DNA of 64,000 bases. It comes from Thermomicrobiales bacterium (lineage in GTDB: Bacteria > Chloroflexota > Chloroflexia > Thermomicrobiales > CFX8). Made by a program: the position numbers and the translations under genes. Positions 24,941 through 32,744 of this stretch are shown here, in pieces. Below the pieces are notes generated by a model. It ran no database searches, was not told the origin of the DNA, and saw nothing but the letters and a program-made list of their open reading frames with translations. The stretch lies in NCBI GenBank assembly GCA_023954495.1, contig JAMLIA010000007.1, positions 2,060-66,059 of the forward strand. The letters run 5' to 3'. Numbering within the stretch: the first letter of the stretch is position 1; the number at the start of each line of letters is the position of its first letter.

Positions 24941-25603
24941 ATGGACGACCAGACCCGCCGCGACCTTTGCGAACGCTACCGCCGAGTATATTCCGGCGCT
25001 GTTGCCGACGTGCTCGACCGTCGCGGCCTGCGCAATCAGATCGTCCACGGATCGATTCAGGGACTCACCTACGAGTCGCGCGTCGCCGGGCCCGCCTACA
25101 CTTGCAAGGGCGCACCAGCGACCGCGCTCGAAGCGGATGACTGGGACATGCGCAAGGCGTTCCTTGATGCGCTGACGCCCGATTGCGTTGCGGTGGTCGA
25201 TGCCAGCGGCGATGACAGCGCCGCGCACTGGGGCGAGCTGATGAGCACGGCCGCGCGCGGTCGTGGCTGCACCGGCGTCGTCATCGACGGCGGCACGCGG
25301 GACGTTCAGCAACTGCTGGAGATGGGTTTCCCGACCTTCGCCCGCCATCGCTCCCCGGCCAGCTCGATCCGGCGCTGGCGGATTAGCGGCTACGACCACC
25401 CGGTGATGTGTGGCGGCGTCCTCGTTCGCCCCGGCGATTTCGTCGTCGGCGATGCGGACGGCGTCGTGATCGTTCCAGCCGAAATCGCTGCCGAGGTGCT
25501 GGATGAAGTCGAGGCGTTGGCCCTGACGGAAACGGATATGCGCAAAGAGCTGCTCGATGGCGGCAGATTCAGCGAGGTGTACGATCGCTACCAGGTTGGA
25601 TGA
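24941..25603 (+). CDS. RraA-family protein (HMG/CHA aldolase-like)
   Basis: AAHWGELMSTAARGRGCTGVVIDGGTRDV...GFPTFAR...GDADGVVIVP. An alternative in-frame start lies at 24911. Confidence 0.85.
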   Translation: MDDQTRRDLCERYRRVYSGAVADVLDRRGLRNQIVHGSIQGLTYESRVAGPAYTCKGAPATALEADDWDMRKAFLDALTPDCVAVVDASGDDSAAHWGELMSTAARGRGCTGVVIDGGTRDVQQLLEMGFPTFARHRSPASSIRRWRISGYDHPVMCGGVLVRPGDFVVGDADGVVIVPAEIAAEVLDEVEALALTETDMRKELLDGGRFSEVYDRYQVG

Positions 25604-25946
25604 CAAACCACAGCAGCAGGAGCGCGTCGCTGCGGCACTCGGCTACGTGTTCACGCCGCTCGTCCCGCTGCTGATACTGACCGGCGCGGCCAAGGATCGC
25701 CCGTTTCTCCGCCGTCACACGATCCAGGCGCTCTTCTTTGCTCCGGTGCTGCTGATCCTGCTCGTGGTGATGGTCATTGCCTCGATCTGGCTCCTGCGTC
25801 AGAGCGTGGCGCTGTTCTGCCTGCTGCCGTTGCTGTTGCTCGCGCCGTTCGCACCCGGCGCGCTCATCGGCTGGGCTGTCTATGACGGTCGCGATCCGCG
25901 CTTGCCAATCATTGGAGCGATGGCGAATCGGAATCCTGAGGGCTAG
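25596..25946 (+). CDS. Small membrane protein (DUF4870-like)
   Basis: Three hydrophobic helices after QQERVAAALGYVFTPLVPLLIL. The start is uncertain; TTG 25596 was chosen. The 3' end overlaps the convergent GT2 gene by 38 nt. Confidence 0.5.
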   Translation: MDDKPQQQERVAAALGYVFTPLVPLLILTGAAKDRPFLRRHTIQALFFAPVLLILLVVMVIASIWLLRQSVALFCLLPLLLLAPFAPGALIGWAVYDGRDPRLPIIGAMANRNPEG

Positions 25947-27102
25947 CCGCTCGCAGCCGTGCAATCAATTCCAGCGCAACCAGCAGCAGATTCGCCGTCT
26001 GCGCCCGGTTGATCTCGCTCTGCTGTTCGAACGCGCGGACCAGTGCGCCGTTGAACGCGCGCTGCTGCTCCAGCGCACGATCGATTTGACGATTCCACGG
26101 AGTGAGCAAACGACGGAAGCGGCTCTCGCCCGGCTTTCGGCGCTGCACTTCCCATAGCCCGCGCATCTCCTCCAGCGACTCCTGCCCCGCTGCCGGACTC
26201 ACTGCGGCCAGCGATGACGGCGGCATTCCCGTGCGCTCATCATCGAGCCCCAGAAGCACAGAAACCGCATCGGCACCGGAAAACGCGCGCCAGTCGTTGC
26301 TCCCCTCTGAGCCGATGTCCTGCCGGATTCGCTCGACTTCAGCCGGGAGAAACGAGCACTGCCACTCTCGTGCCGAGAGGTGTTTCAGCGCAAACAAGAT
26401 CCGGCTGCGATGCAAGTACCGATAGTAATCATCAGACCGCGCCAGCGTCGCACCCTCGTAATGTTCGGCCCGAATCGACGGCACGAACCGCACGCCCCAG
26501 CCGACGCGCCGCAACTCGTAACAGAGGTCAACGTCCTCGTAGTAGACCGGCGAGAACTGCTCGTCGAAGCCGCCAATCTGGCAAACAGCCTCCATCCGCA
26601 GTGCCATCGCGCCGCCGGTCACGAAGTCGACTGCGACAGTCTCATTGTCGATCGCTGAGAGATCGTCCTGATAGTGTCGATGGCGGGTTGTCAGCAGCGG
26701 ACGATCGACGATGCCCCCGGCGTGCTGAACGGTAGAGGTGCCGGGATAGGTCAGCAGGGCACCGGCAGCACCGAGCCGCGCGTCCTCCGCGAATGCCCGC
26801 AGTAGCGCATTGCCGAATGTTGGCGCAACTTCGACGTCTGGATTCAGGATCACTGCATACGGCGTCTCGACGATCTGCAGCCCGGCATTCGCGCCACCGG
26901 CGAAGCCACGGTTCACTGGCTGAGACAGGACGTTCACGCGGGGATGGGCATGCAATTCCAGCAACGAATCGTCGGTCGACGCGTTGTCGACGACGACGAT
27001 CTCGGTGGGCCGGGCATCGGTCCCCTCCAGCGCTGAGATGCAGGCATCCAGATAGGTCGCCCCGTTATAGTTGACGATGATCGCCGTCCAGGCTCCGCGC
27101 AT
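25909..27102 (-). CDS. Family 2 glycosyltransferase with C-terminal helical extension
   Basis: TAIIVNYNGATYLDACISAL...VVVDNASTDDS...NRGFAGGANAG...DVDLCYEL. The start was moved to M42 (ATG 27102) after GGAGGA. Confidence 0.85.
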   Translation of the reverse strand: MRGAWTAIIVNYNGATYLDACISALEGTDARPTEIVVVDNASTDDSLLELHAHPRVNVLSQPVNRGFAGGANAGLQIVETPYAVILNPDVEVAPTFGNALLRAFAEDARLGAAGALLTYPGTSTVQHAGGIVDRPLLTTRHRHYQDDLSAIDNETVAVDFVTGGAMALRMEAVCQIGGFDEQFSPVYYEDVDLCYELRRVGWGVRFVPSIRAEHYEGATLARSDDYYRYLHRSRILFALKHLSAREWQCSFLPAEVERIRQDIGSEGSNDWRAFSGADAVSVLLGLDDERTGMPPSSLAAVSPAAGQESLEEMRGLWEVQRRKPGESRFRRLLTPWNRQIDRALEQQRAFNGALVRAFEQQSEINRAQTANLLLVALELIARLRAASPQDSDSPSLQ

Positions 27103-27154
27103 AGCGTTCCTCCATCCGGACGGCATTATTCCAGCCCGAGCGAGGGAGCGTGGC

Positions 27155-28558
27155 GTGAGCGATACCCCCAGCGTCCTGCTGATAGCGTCTGACACGATCG
27201 GCGAGCGGATGGCCGGCTCCGGCATTCGCTACTGGAACATGGCCCGCGTGCTGGGGGCGCAGCAGCCGGTCACGCTGGCAACGCCTTCTATTACGACGCT
27301 CGCACCCCCACCGGGCGTGACGCTGGTTGCATACGGGCACCCTGGCGAGGACGAGCGTGGCCGCCGCCTTGTCGAGCTCGTGACTGACCACGATGTCACT
27401 GTCGCCCAGCATCTGCCATATCTCTACGCTGACCCTGAACTGCTGGACAGTCGCCATCTTGTCATCGACCTGTACGCCCCGTGGGTTCTGGAGAAGCTGG
27501 AGTATGCGCGTATCGACCCTGAGCGCGGCGAGGCGCATCGGCAGGATGACCTCACGATCCTGAAGCGCCTGCTCGGGCTGGGCGACTTCTTCCTGTGCGC
27601 TTCCGAGCGCCAGCGCGACTACTGGCTCGGCACGCTGACGCTCGCCGGACGTTTGGAGCCGAGCTACCTGCAGGCTGACCCGGCGCTGCGCTCACTTATC
27701 GATGTCGTGCCATTCGGCCTGCCGACGGACCGCCCTCGGAAGACTGGCGCAGGCCCGCGAGCACTGTTCAATCTCGGTCCAGATGACCCGCTGCTGATCT
27801 GGAATGGCGGCGTCTGGAACTGGCTGGATCCGCTGACGGCGATTCGGGCCGTCGCTCTGCTGGTGGCCGAGTTCCCGACGCTGCGGCTCGTCTTCATGGG
27901 CGTCCGCAGTCCGGGGGCACAGGTCGCCGAGATGGGCATCGTTGAGGACGCGCGCAACCTCGCCCGAGAGCTCGACCTGCTCGACCGCCATGTCTTTTTC
28001 AACGACTGGGTAGCGTATGACGAGCGCCAGAACTGGCTGCTCGAAGCTGACGCAGCCGTCTCGTTGCACGTCGAGACTGTTGAAGCACGCTACGCCTATC
28101 GCACCCGCGTGATGGACATCCTCTGGTGCGGGCTGCCGGCAGTCGTCAGCGACGGCGATGTGCTGGCCGATCTCGTTCGCGAAGAGCAGATCGGCACGAT
28201 CGCGCTACCGGGTGAGGTCAGTTCAGTTGTGGCAGCGATCCGTGGCGTACTCGATCCAGACAGCGCGCACGCAATGCGGTCGCACCTGGCGGACGTCGCG
28301 TCGCGCTTCACCTGGGAGCAGGTGTGCGAGCCGCTGCTGCGCTACTGCCGCGAGCCGTGGAAGCTCAGCCCGTTGCGCGGCGGCGACCCCAGCGCGGACT
28401 ACCTCGCCAAGCTGGAACGCATGTACAGCGAGACGGCACAATACGCGCGCAAGCTGGAGGCTGCCGTCGCTGAGCGGGATACGGAACTGGCCGCGCAGCG
28501 CAAGCGCCGGACGCGGCCAGACCTCAATGCTCTGTTCAATCGGAACAAGCGCGGGTGA
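27155..28558 (+). CDS. GT-B fold (GT4-like) glycosyltransferase with C-terminal coiled-coil-like tail
   Basis: The conserved C-half (LIWNGGVWNWLDP..., LRLVFMGVRSPG...) is typical of GT1/GT4-like enzymes. GTG 27155 after GAGGGAG was chosen as the start. Confidence 0.7.
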   Translation: MSDTPSVLLIASDTIGERMAGSGIRYWNMARVLGAQQPVTLATPSITTLAPPPGVTLVAYGHPGEDERGRRLVELVTDHDVTVAQHLPYLYADPELLDSRHLVIDLYAPWVLEKLEYARIDPERGEAHRQDDLTILKRLLGLGDFFLCASERQRDYWLGTLTLAGRLEPSYLQADPALRSLIDVVPFGLPTDRPRKTGAGPRALFNLGPDDPLLIWNGGVWNWLDPLTAIRAVALLVAEFPTLRLVFMGVRSPGAQVAEMGIVEDARNLARELDLLDRHVFFNDWVAYDERQNWLLEADAAVSLHVETVEARYAYRTRVMDILWCGLPAVVSDGDVLADLVREEQIGTIALPGEVSSVVAAIRGVLDPDSAHAMRSHLADVASRFTWEQVCEPLLRYCREPWKLSPLRGGDPSADYLAKLERMYSETAQYARKLEAAVAERDTELAAQRKRRTRPDLNALFNRNKRG

Positions 28559-28565
28559 GTGAGCG

Positions 28566-29216
28566 TTACTCCTCGTCGGAAGACGCTTCCTCGGAAGCTT
28601 CGTCCGCTTCGTCGGCGGCTGCCCCTTCTTCGCCCTCGCCTGCTTCCTCGTCCTCAACGGCCTCAAGCTGCGGCGCGGAGAGCTTGACGATCATCTCTTC
28701 CGGATCAGTGATCAGCTCGACGTCGTCAGGAATCGTCAGGTCGCGGAGATGAATCGCCTGATCGATCTCGGTCAGGCCGGTCACATCGACCTCAAGGACG
28801 GCCGGCAAGTTCATCGGCAGGCCACGAACTTCGACCGCTTCACGCCCGTAGGTGAGAACGCCGTCGTCGTTGGCCGGCTCGCCGACGACCATCAGCGGGA
28901 TCGAGGTCGTGATCATCACGGTCAGGTTCGGCGCGAAGAACTCAACGTGAATAGGCTCGCGCCGCAGGCGATCAATCGACATGTGGCGCATGTAGACGGT
29001 GTACTTCTCGCTGTCGACGTTGAGATCGATCAGCACGTTCGGCCCGTAGGCGACGTAAGCGCGATCGATTTCCTTCATGTCGACGCTCACGGATAGCGGC
29101 TCTTCGATAACCGGTCCGTAGATAACGCCGGGAACCACACCATCACGGCGCAGCTTCTTGGTTTCCTTGCCGATGACCGAACGCATCGACGCGGTCAGCT
29201 CATGTCGTTGGCTCAT
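28566..29216 (-). CDS. rplY: 50S ribosomal protein L25/Ctc with acidic C-terminal tail
   Basis: GKETKKLRRDGVVPGVIYG, HVEFFAP, and an acidic tail EDEEAGEGEEGAAADEADEASEEASSDEE. Confidence 0.9.
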   Translation of the reverse strand: MSQRHELTASMRSVIGKETKKLRRDGVVPGVIYGPVIEEPLSVSVDMKEIDRAYVAYGPNVLIDLNVDSEKYTVYMRHMSIDRLRREPIHVEFFAPNLTVMITTSIPLMVVGEPANDDGVLTYGREAVEVRGLPMNLPAVLEVDVTGLTEIDQAIHLRDLTIPDDVELITDPEEMIVKLSAPQLEAVEDEEAGEGEEGAAADEADEASEEASSDEE

Positions 29217-29367
29217 GCGCTTCTGGGCCCTTCTGGATGTCACATTACATGCGCGCCGGTGCGCGTCACACGTCCCGGCACTGGATCGCCCAGTCCGGCC
29301 AACCGTTAACGATAGCAGCGAGTGCGTTTCCTGCCAAACGCAATGCGCAACATCGCGTGCTAACGCA

Positions 29368-29580
29368 TCATTCTACGCGACTGATCGCCGCGACGATACC
29401 GATGAGATAGGTTATTCGGACCGTATCACCGATTGCCAACCCACTCGGCAGAGCATCGACGCTCAATTGCGCTTGTCGAACCGTCTCTGGATCGTCGATG
29501 TGGCTGAAGTACACAACGGCGTACTCATCGCTATGGATCAGGTAGCGCCGCAGCCCTTCAATCCGCGCCTCAACTTCCAT
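29368..29580 (-). CDS. Hypothetical small protein (70 aa)
   Basis: Internal start MEVEARIEGLRRYLIHSDEYAVVYF... Its start overlaps the stop of the upstream zinc-ribbon gene by 11 nt. Confidence 0.45.
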   Translation of the reverse strand: MEVEARIEGLRRYLIHSDEYAVVYFSHIDDPETVRQAQLSVDALPSGLAIGDTVRITYLIGIVAAISRVE

Positions 29581-30163
29581 CCTGCCCCGTATCTTCCTGC
29601 TCATTGACGTCATTCTCTTCGCGCTCGGCGAGCAGCTCATCCTCGCGCTTTCGCACGTAGAGGTAGAAACCGACAACCATCAGCAGGAACGGCACGATGA
29701 TGATGCAGGCCAGGAATGCAATGAACCCGGCCGTGTCGTCGTTCGAGCGAATCGCCGTGACCATGACCAGTGCTGCCGAGACGATAACCAGGGCCAGAAT
29801 CGCCAACACGGCTGTCGACGAAATACAGCCGATCGGCTCCCGCCGGGTCGCTTCCTGCTCGATATCGCCGACCGTCTGCTCGACCTCATGCAGTCGGACA
29901 TAGCCAACGCGCCCGTCGTCCAGCGCGATCTTCACGAAATCGCCCGGCAGCTCCTCGTCGGTTTCCAGAACCTGCAGATCTGCGCCGGATGGCACGATCT
30001 CGACGAGCGGCGCAGACGAGTCGGCTGTTGCGTATACTCGCAATCCTTCGGAGGCGTGGTACGCATCAACCAGCTGATGGCCGCAGGCCGAGCAGAAGTG
30101 ATTTGTGCGGGGGTTCATGGCACCACAGGTGCCGCAGTAGATGACGCCTGTTTCACCGGACAT
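29570..30163 (-). CDS. Zinc-ribbon / SH3-like / two-TM membrane protein
   Basis: CGTCGAMNPRTNHFCSACG zinc ribbon, a central beta-rich segment, two hydrophobic helices and an acidic tail. Confidence 0.65.
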   Translation of the reverse strand: MSGETGVIYCGTCGAMNPRTNHFCSACGHQLVDAYHASEGLRVYATADSSAPLVEIVPSGADLQVLETDEELPGDFVKIALDDGRVGYVRLHEVEQTVGDIEQEATRREPIGCISSTAVLAILALVIVSAALVMVTAIRSNDDTAGFIAFLACIIIVPFLLMVVGFYLYVRKREDELLAEREENDVNEQEDTGQDGS

Positions 30164-30351
30164 CAATCGCTCAACCCTTCCCACCCATACGCGAAGACGA
30201 GTATAGCGAACCGGCGCTCAACGACATGCGCAGCGCATACGGTACAATCAGGCGTCCGGGCGACTCCGTCCGAGAGGTCGTTGTGTGCCTGAGTCGTCGT
30301 GGACCACAAATACAGAACACACCATTCCAGGACAGAGGGGGGGTGACAAGA

Positions 30352-30543
30352 ATGAAGATTGAAGCACGCGATAGCGAGAGCTTCGAGGGCCTGCTCCGCA
30401 GGTTCACGAAGGAGATGCAGAAATCGGGCAAGCTCCGCGAATTCCGCAGCAAGCGGCGATTCGTCAGCAAGAGCGAGCAGCGACGTGCGAAGGCCCGCAA
30501 GGCCGAGCACAAGCGCCGACGCAAGGAGGCCAAGACCTCCTGA
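30352..30543 (+). CDS. rpsU: 30S ribosomal protein S21
   Basis: MKIEARDSESFEGLLRRFTKEMQKSGKLREFRSKRRFVSKSEQRRAKARKA. Confidence 0.92.
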   Translation: MKIEARDSESFEGLLRRFTKEMQKSGKLREFRSKRRFVSKSEQRRAKARKAEHKRRRKEAKTS

Positions 30544-30570
30544 TCTTCTGCGCACCACTGCAGATACTCA

Positions 30571-30606
30571 GACGACGCTGCCATTTGGCGGCGTCGTTGT
30601 GTTTAT
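30571..30606 (+). terminator. Intrinsic terminator after rpsU
   Basis: 12-bp stem gacgacgctgcc / ggcggcgtcgtt (two G-U pairs), loop attt, followed by gtgtttat. Confidence 0.65.
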
Positions 30607-30612
30607 CCTGAC

Positions 30613-31206
30613 TTACGACCGCAGCGCCAGCGTCATCAACGCAGGCGCAGTCGAGCCGCCACTTACCTGATAGTCGAGCGTGATGTTCCAGGGCGCACCT
30701 TGCGGCGGCAGACACAGTTCCGCCAACGGCAGTCTGCCGCCAGCTGGGCAGACGATCCCGGGGCGCTCGCCTTTCTGCGCCGCGCGAAAGGTGATCGCCG
30801 TCGCGTCGGTCGCCGCGTCAACAAACCAGTTCCGTCCCAGCTCACCACTCAGGACATTCCCGAGCAAACGACTCTGCCGGCGAGCCGGAACGATCTGATG
30901 CGGCACGAGAATGCGCAGTCGGAAGTCTGTCGCAGGAATGGATGTCGCATTCACGGCGGAGAGCACGAACGTGCCCGGTCGGTCGCTATCGAGCTCAGCG
31001 ACGATACTCAGCACTGCACGCTCAATAACGGCCTCGTCGTGGCTGTATACCCAGATGGGCGGCGCGAGAACGAAGATCGCGATCACCAACGGCACGCCGA
31101 CGATCAGCCATGGCTGATCGAGCACGCCAGCCATTCCGAAAAGAAACATCCCGCCCATGACCGCCGAAAGCCAGCGCAGGGGTGAGCGCACTCGCACACG
31201 CCACAT
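30613..31206 (-). CDS. Hypothetical membrane protein
   Basis: Two N-terminal hydrophobic helices and a soluble C-domain. The start lies 9 nt after the stop of the upstream gene (in its corrected frame). Confidence 0.6.
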   Translation of the reverse strand: MWRVRVRSPLRWLSAVMGGMFLFGMAGVLDQPWLIVGVPLVIAIFVLAPPIWVYSHDEAVIERAVLSIVAELDSDRPGTFVLSAVNATSIPATDFRLRILVPHQIVPARRQSRLLGNVLSGELGRNWFVDAATDATAITFRAAQKGERPGIVCPAGGRLPLAELCLPPQGAPWNITLDYQVSGGSTAPALMTLALRS

Positions 31207-31215
31207 CTCGTTGGT

Positions 31216-31684
31216 CTACCCCGCCTGTTCCAGGTCGGCGAGCATCGCCATCGAGGTAGCCAACTCCTTGCGGCTGAAGAACGTCCGAAATCTCTTGCCA
31301 GAGTTCGGGCCGGTCGCGCCCGATCTGGCAGACTTCTTCGGAAAACCGCATGTCGCCACTCGCCATGAGCGCCGTCATCAGCTCGGTGCTGAGCTGCTCA
31401 GCCAGGTAGAAGCGTTCGAGGCCAGCGAACTTGGCGCGATAGTGATCACGCAACTGTCCGACCTGCTCGGTCGTGAGCGGATGCGCACCGTCGCCGCCGA
31501 ACATCTCGTGCCAGTCAACACAGTCCAGCAGACGCTCCAGCAGATCGACCTGCGTACCGCGCTGGATGTCCTCGAAGAGCGCGACAACTGCATCGAGCAG
31601 ATAGACTAGCTGTCCGGGCGTCTCCGGCCAGTCCGATTCCGAACCAGAGCCATTTGCCCCCGCACCAGTTCCACGCTCGTTCAC
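31216..31684 (-). pseudogene. Hypothetical protein with apparent single-base frameshift near 31288-31290
   Basis: GTG 31684 follows AGGAG. The frame with high third-position GC (…DWPETPGQLVYLLDAVVALFEDIQ…PELWQEI) loses coding character after ~31290. The +1 frame then reads …TFFSRKELATSMAMLADLEQAG-stop (TAG 31216-31218) with high third-position GC. Confidence 0.5.
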
Positions 31685-31692
31685 ACGTTCTC

Positions 31693-32541
31693 CTATCCCT
31701 GAACCGGCAGGCCGAGCCAGGCTTCCAGCAAGAATCGCCCACCTGCGAGCGAGCCAATCAGTAGCAATGCGACGACGAGCGCCAGTGTCGCTGCTCCGGC
31801 CAGATCCGCCGTCGTACGAGCACGATTCTCGCGCCGACCCAGCAACAACACGAAACCCAGCATCAGGCCGGACAGCACCGCAATCGCCGAGATCATCAGC
31901 AGCATCGACAACGGCACACGTAGCGGCCCCCACGTGGTCAGCACGACCGCAGCGACTCCGGCGTGCGCGAGCATGATCCAGCCGATGTCGCGCCAACCTG
32001 CGACGACGCGCCCGGGTCGGCGCGCCGACGGCGCGAACGCGATGTTACCGATCAGCAGCCAGACGAACACTGCCAGCGCTGTACCGGTGAGCAGGCCGGT
32101 CACGAGCCGGAGAATGTTCTGCGGTTGGTACAGATGCGCCAATCCGGCATCAACAAGCGTCGAGTTCACGCCGTCGAACGCCAGCGCGGCGATGCCGCCC
32201 ACGAGAGCCAGGATGATGCCGCGCGAAGGTAACCCGCCGGTGCGCCAGCGCCCAAGCGCCAGCAGGGCGAGGGATGTCATCGCGACGCCGCCATAAATGC
32301 CGGTCATGCGCGCATCAAACGGCAGTCGCTGATCGCCAAAATAGAATGAATGAGTCGGCTGTTGGGCACACAACCCATGCAGCAACGCGAGCGACTTGGT
32401 CTCGACCGACCATGGCAATGCAAGGAACGCAATCGCCAACACCGCCCAGATCGAAACGAACACGACCGGCCAGCCGCGCGGGGCGCGTGCGACCAACGAG
32501 GCTCTCGAACGTTCTAGACGTAGGGACGCGTGACTGGTCAT
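31693..32541 (-). CDS. DUF2085-like polytopic membrane protein
   Basis: LHGLCAQQPTHSFYFGDQRLPFDARMTGIYGG motif plus multiple TM helices. Confidence 0.7.
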   Translation of the reverse strand: MTSHASLRLERSRASLVARAPRGWPVVFVSIWAVLAIAFLALPWSVETKSLALLHGLCAQQPTHSFYFGDQRLPFDARMTGIYGGVAMTSLALLALGRWRTGGLPSRGIILALVGGIAALAFDGVNSTLVDAGLAHLYQPQNILRLVTGLLTGTALAVFVWLLIGNIAFAPSARRPGRVVAGWRDIGWIMLAHAGVAAVVLTTWGPLRVPLSMLLMISAIAVLSGLMLGFVLLLGRRENRARTTADLAGAATLALVVALLLIGSLAGGRFLLEAWLGLPVQG

Positions 32542-32744
32542 GCCGACTCCCAGATCGATTCCGATCGATCGAGACTATAGCAAACGAGCGTCGAAATCTT
32601 CCGGTTTCGTCGTCTCCTTGCGTGTACGTACACCTCATGGTACTGTTCGCACGTTGGGGTGTCTGTCCTGGTTATGTATCGCATTGTTCGCGCCGGTAGA
32701 AGCGCTACGACCGCGAGGCGAGCGCAACGCCTGGGTGGGGGTTC

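Noticed and set aside
24839-25606. 255-aa minus-strand ORF.
   Set aside because: It is antisense to the RraA-family gene, which has unambiguous motifs.
28566-28690. Low-complexity GAA/GAG/GCC-rich stretch that looks like a tandem repeat.
   Set aside because: It encodes the acidic C-terminal tail of L25/Ctc in frame. It is not a non-coding repeat element.
31157-31609. 150-aa plus-strand ORF opposite the frameshifted gene.
   Set aside because: The minus-strand frame has higher third-position GC, an AGGAG RBS and operon-consistent spacing. The plus-strand ORF has no start-site signals.
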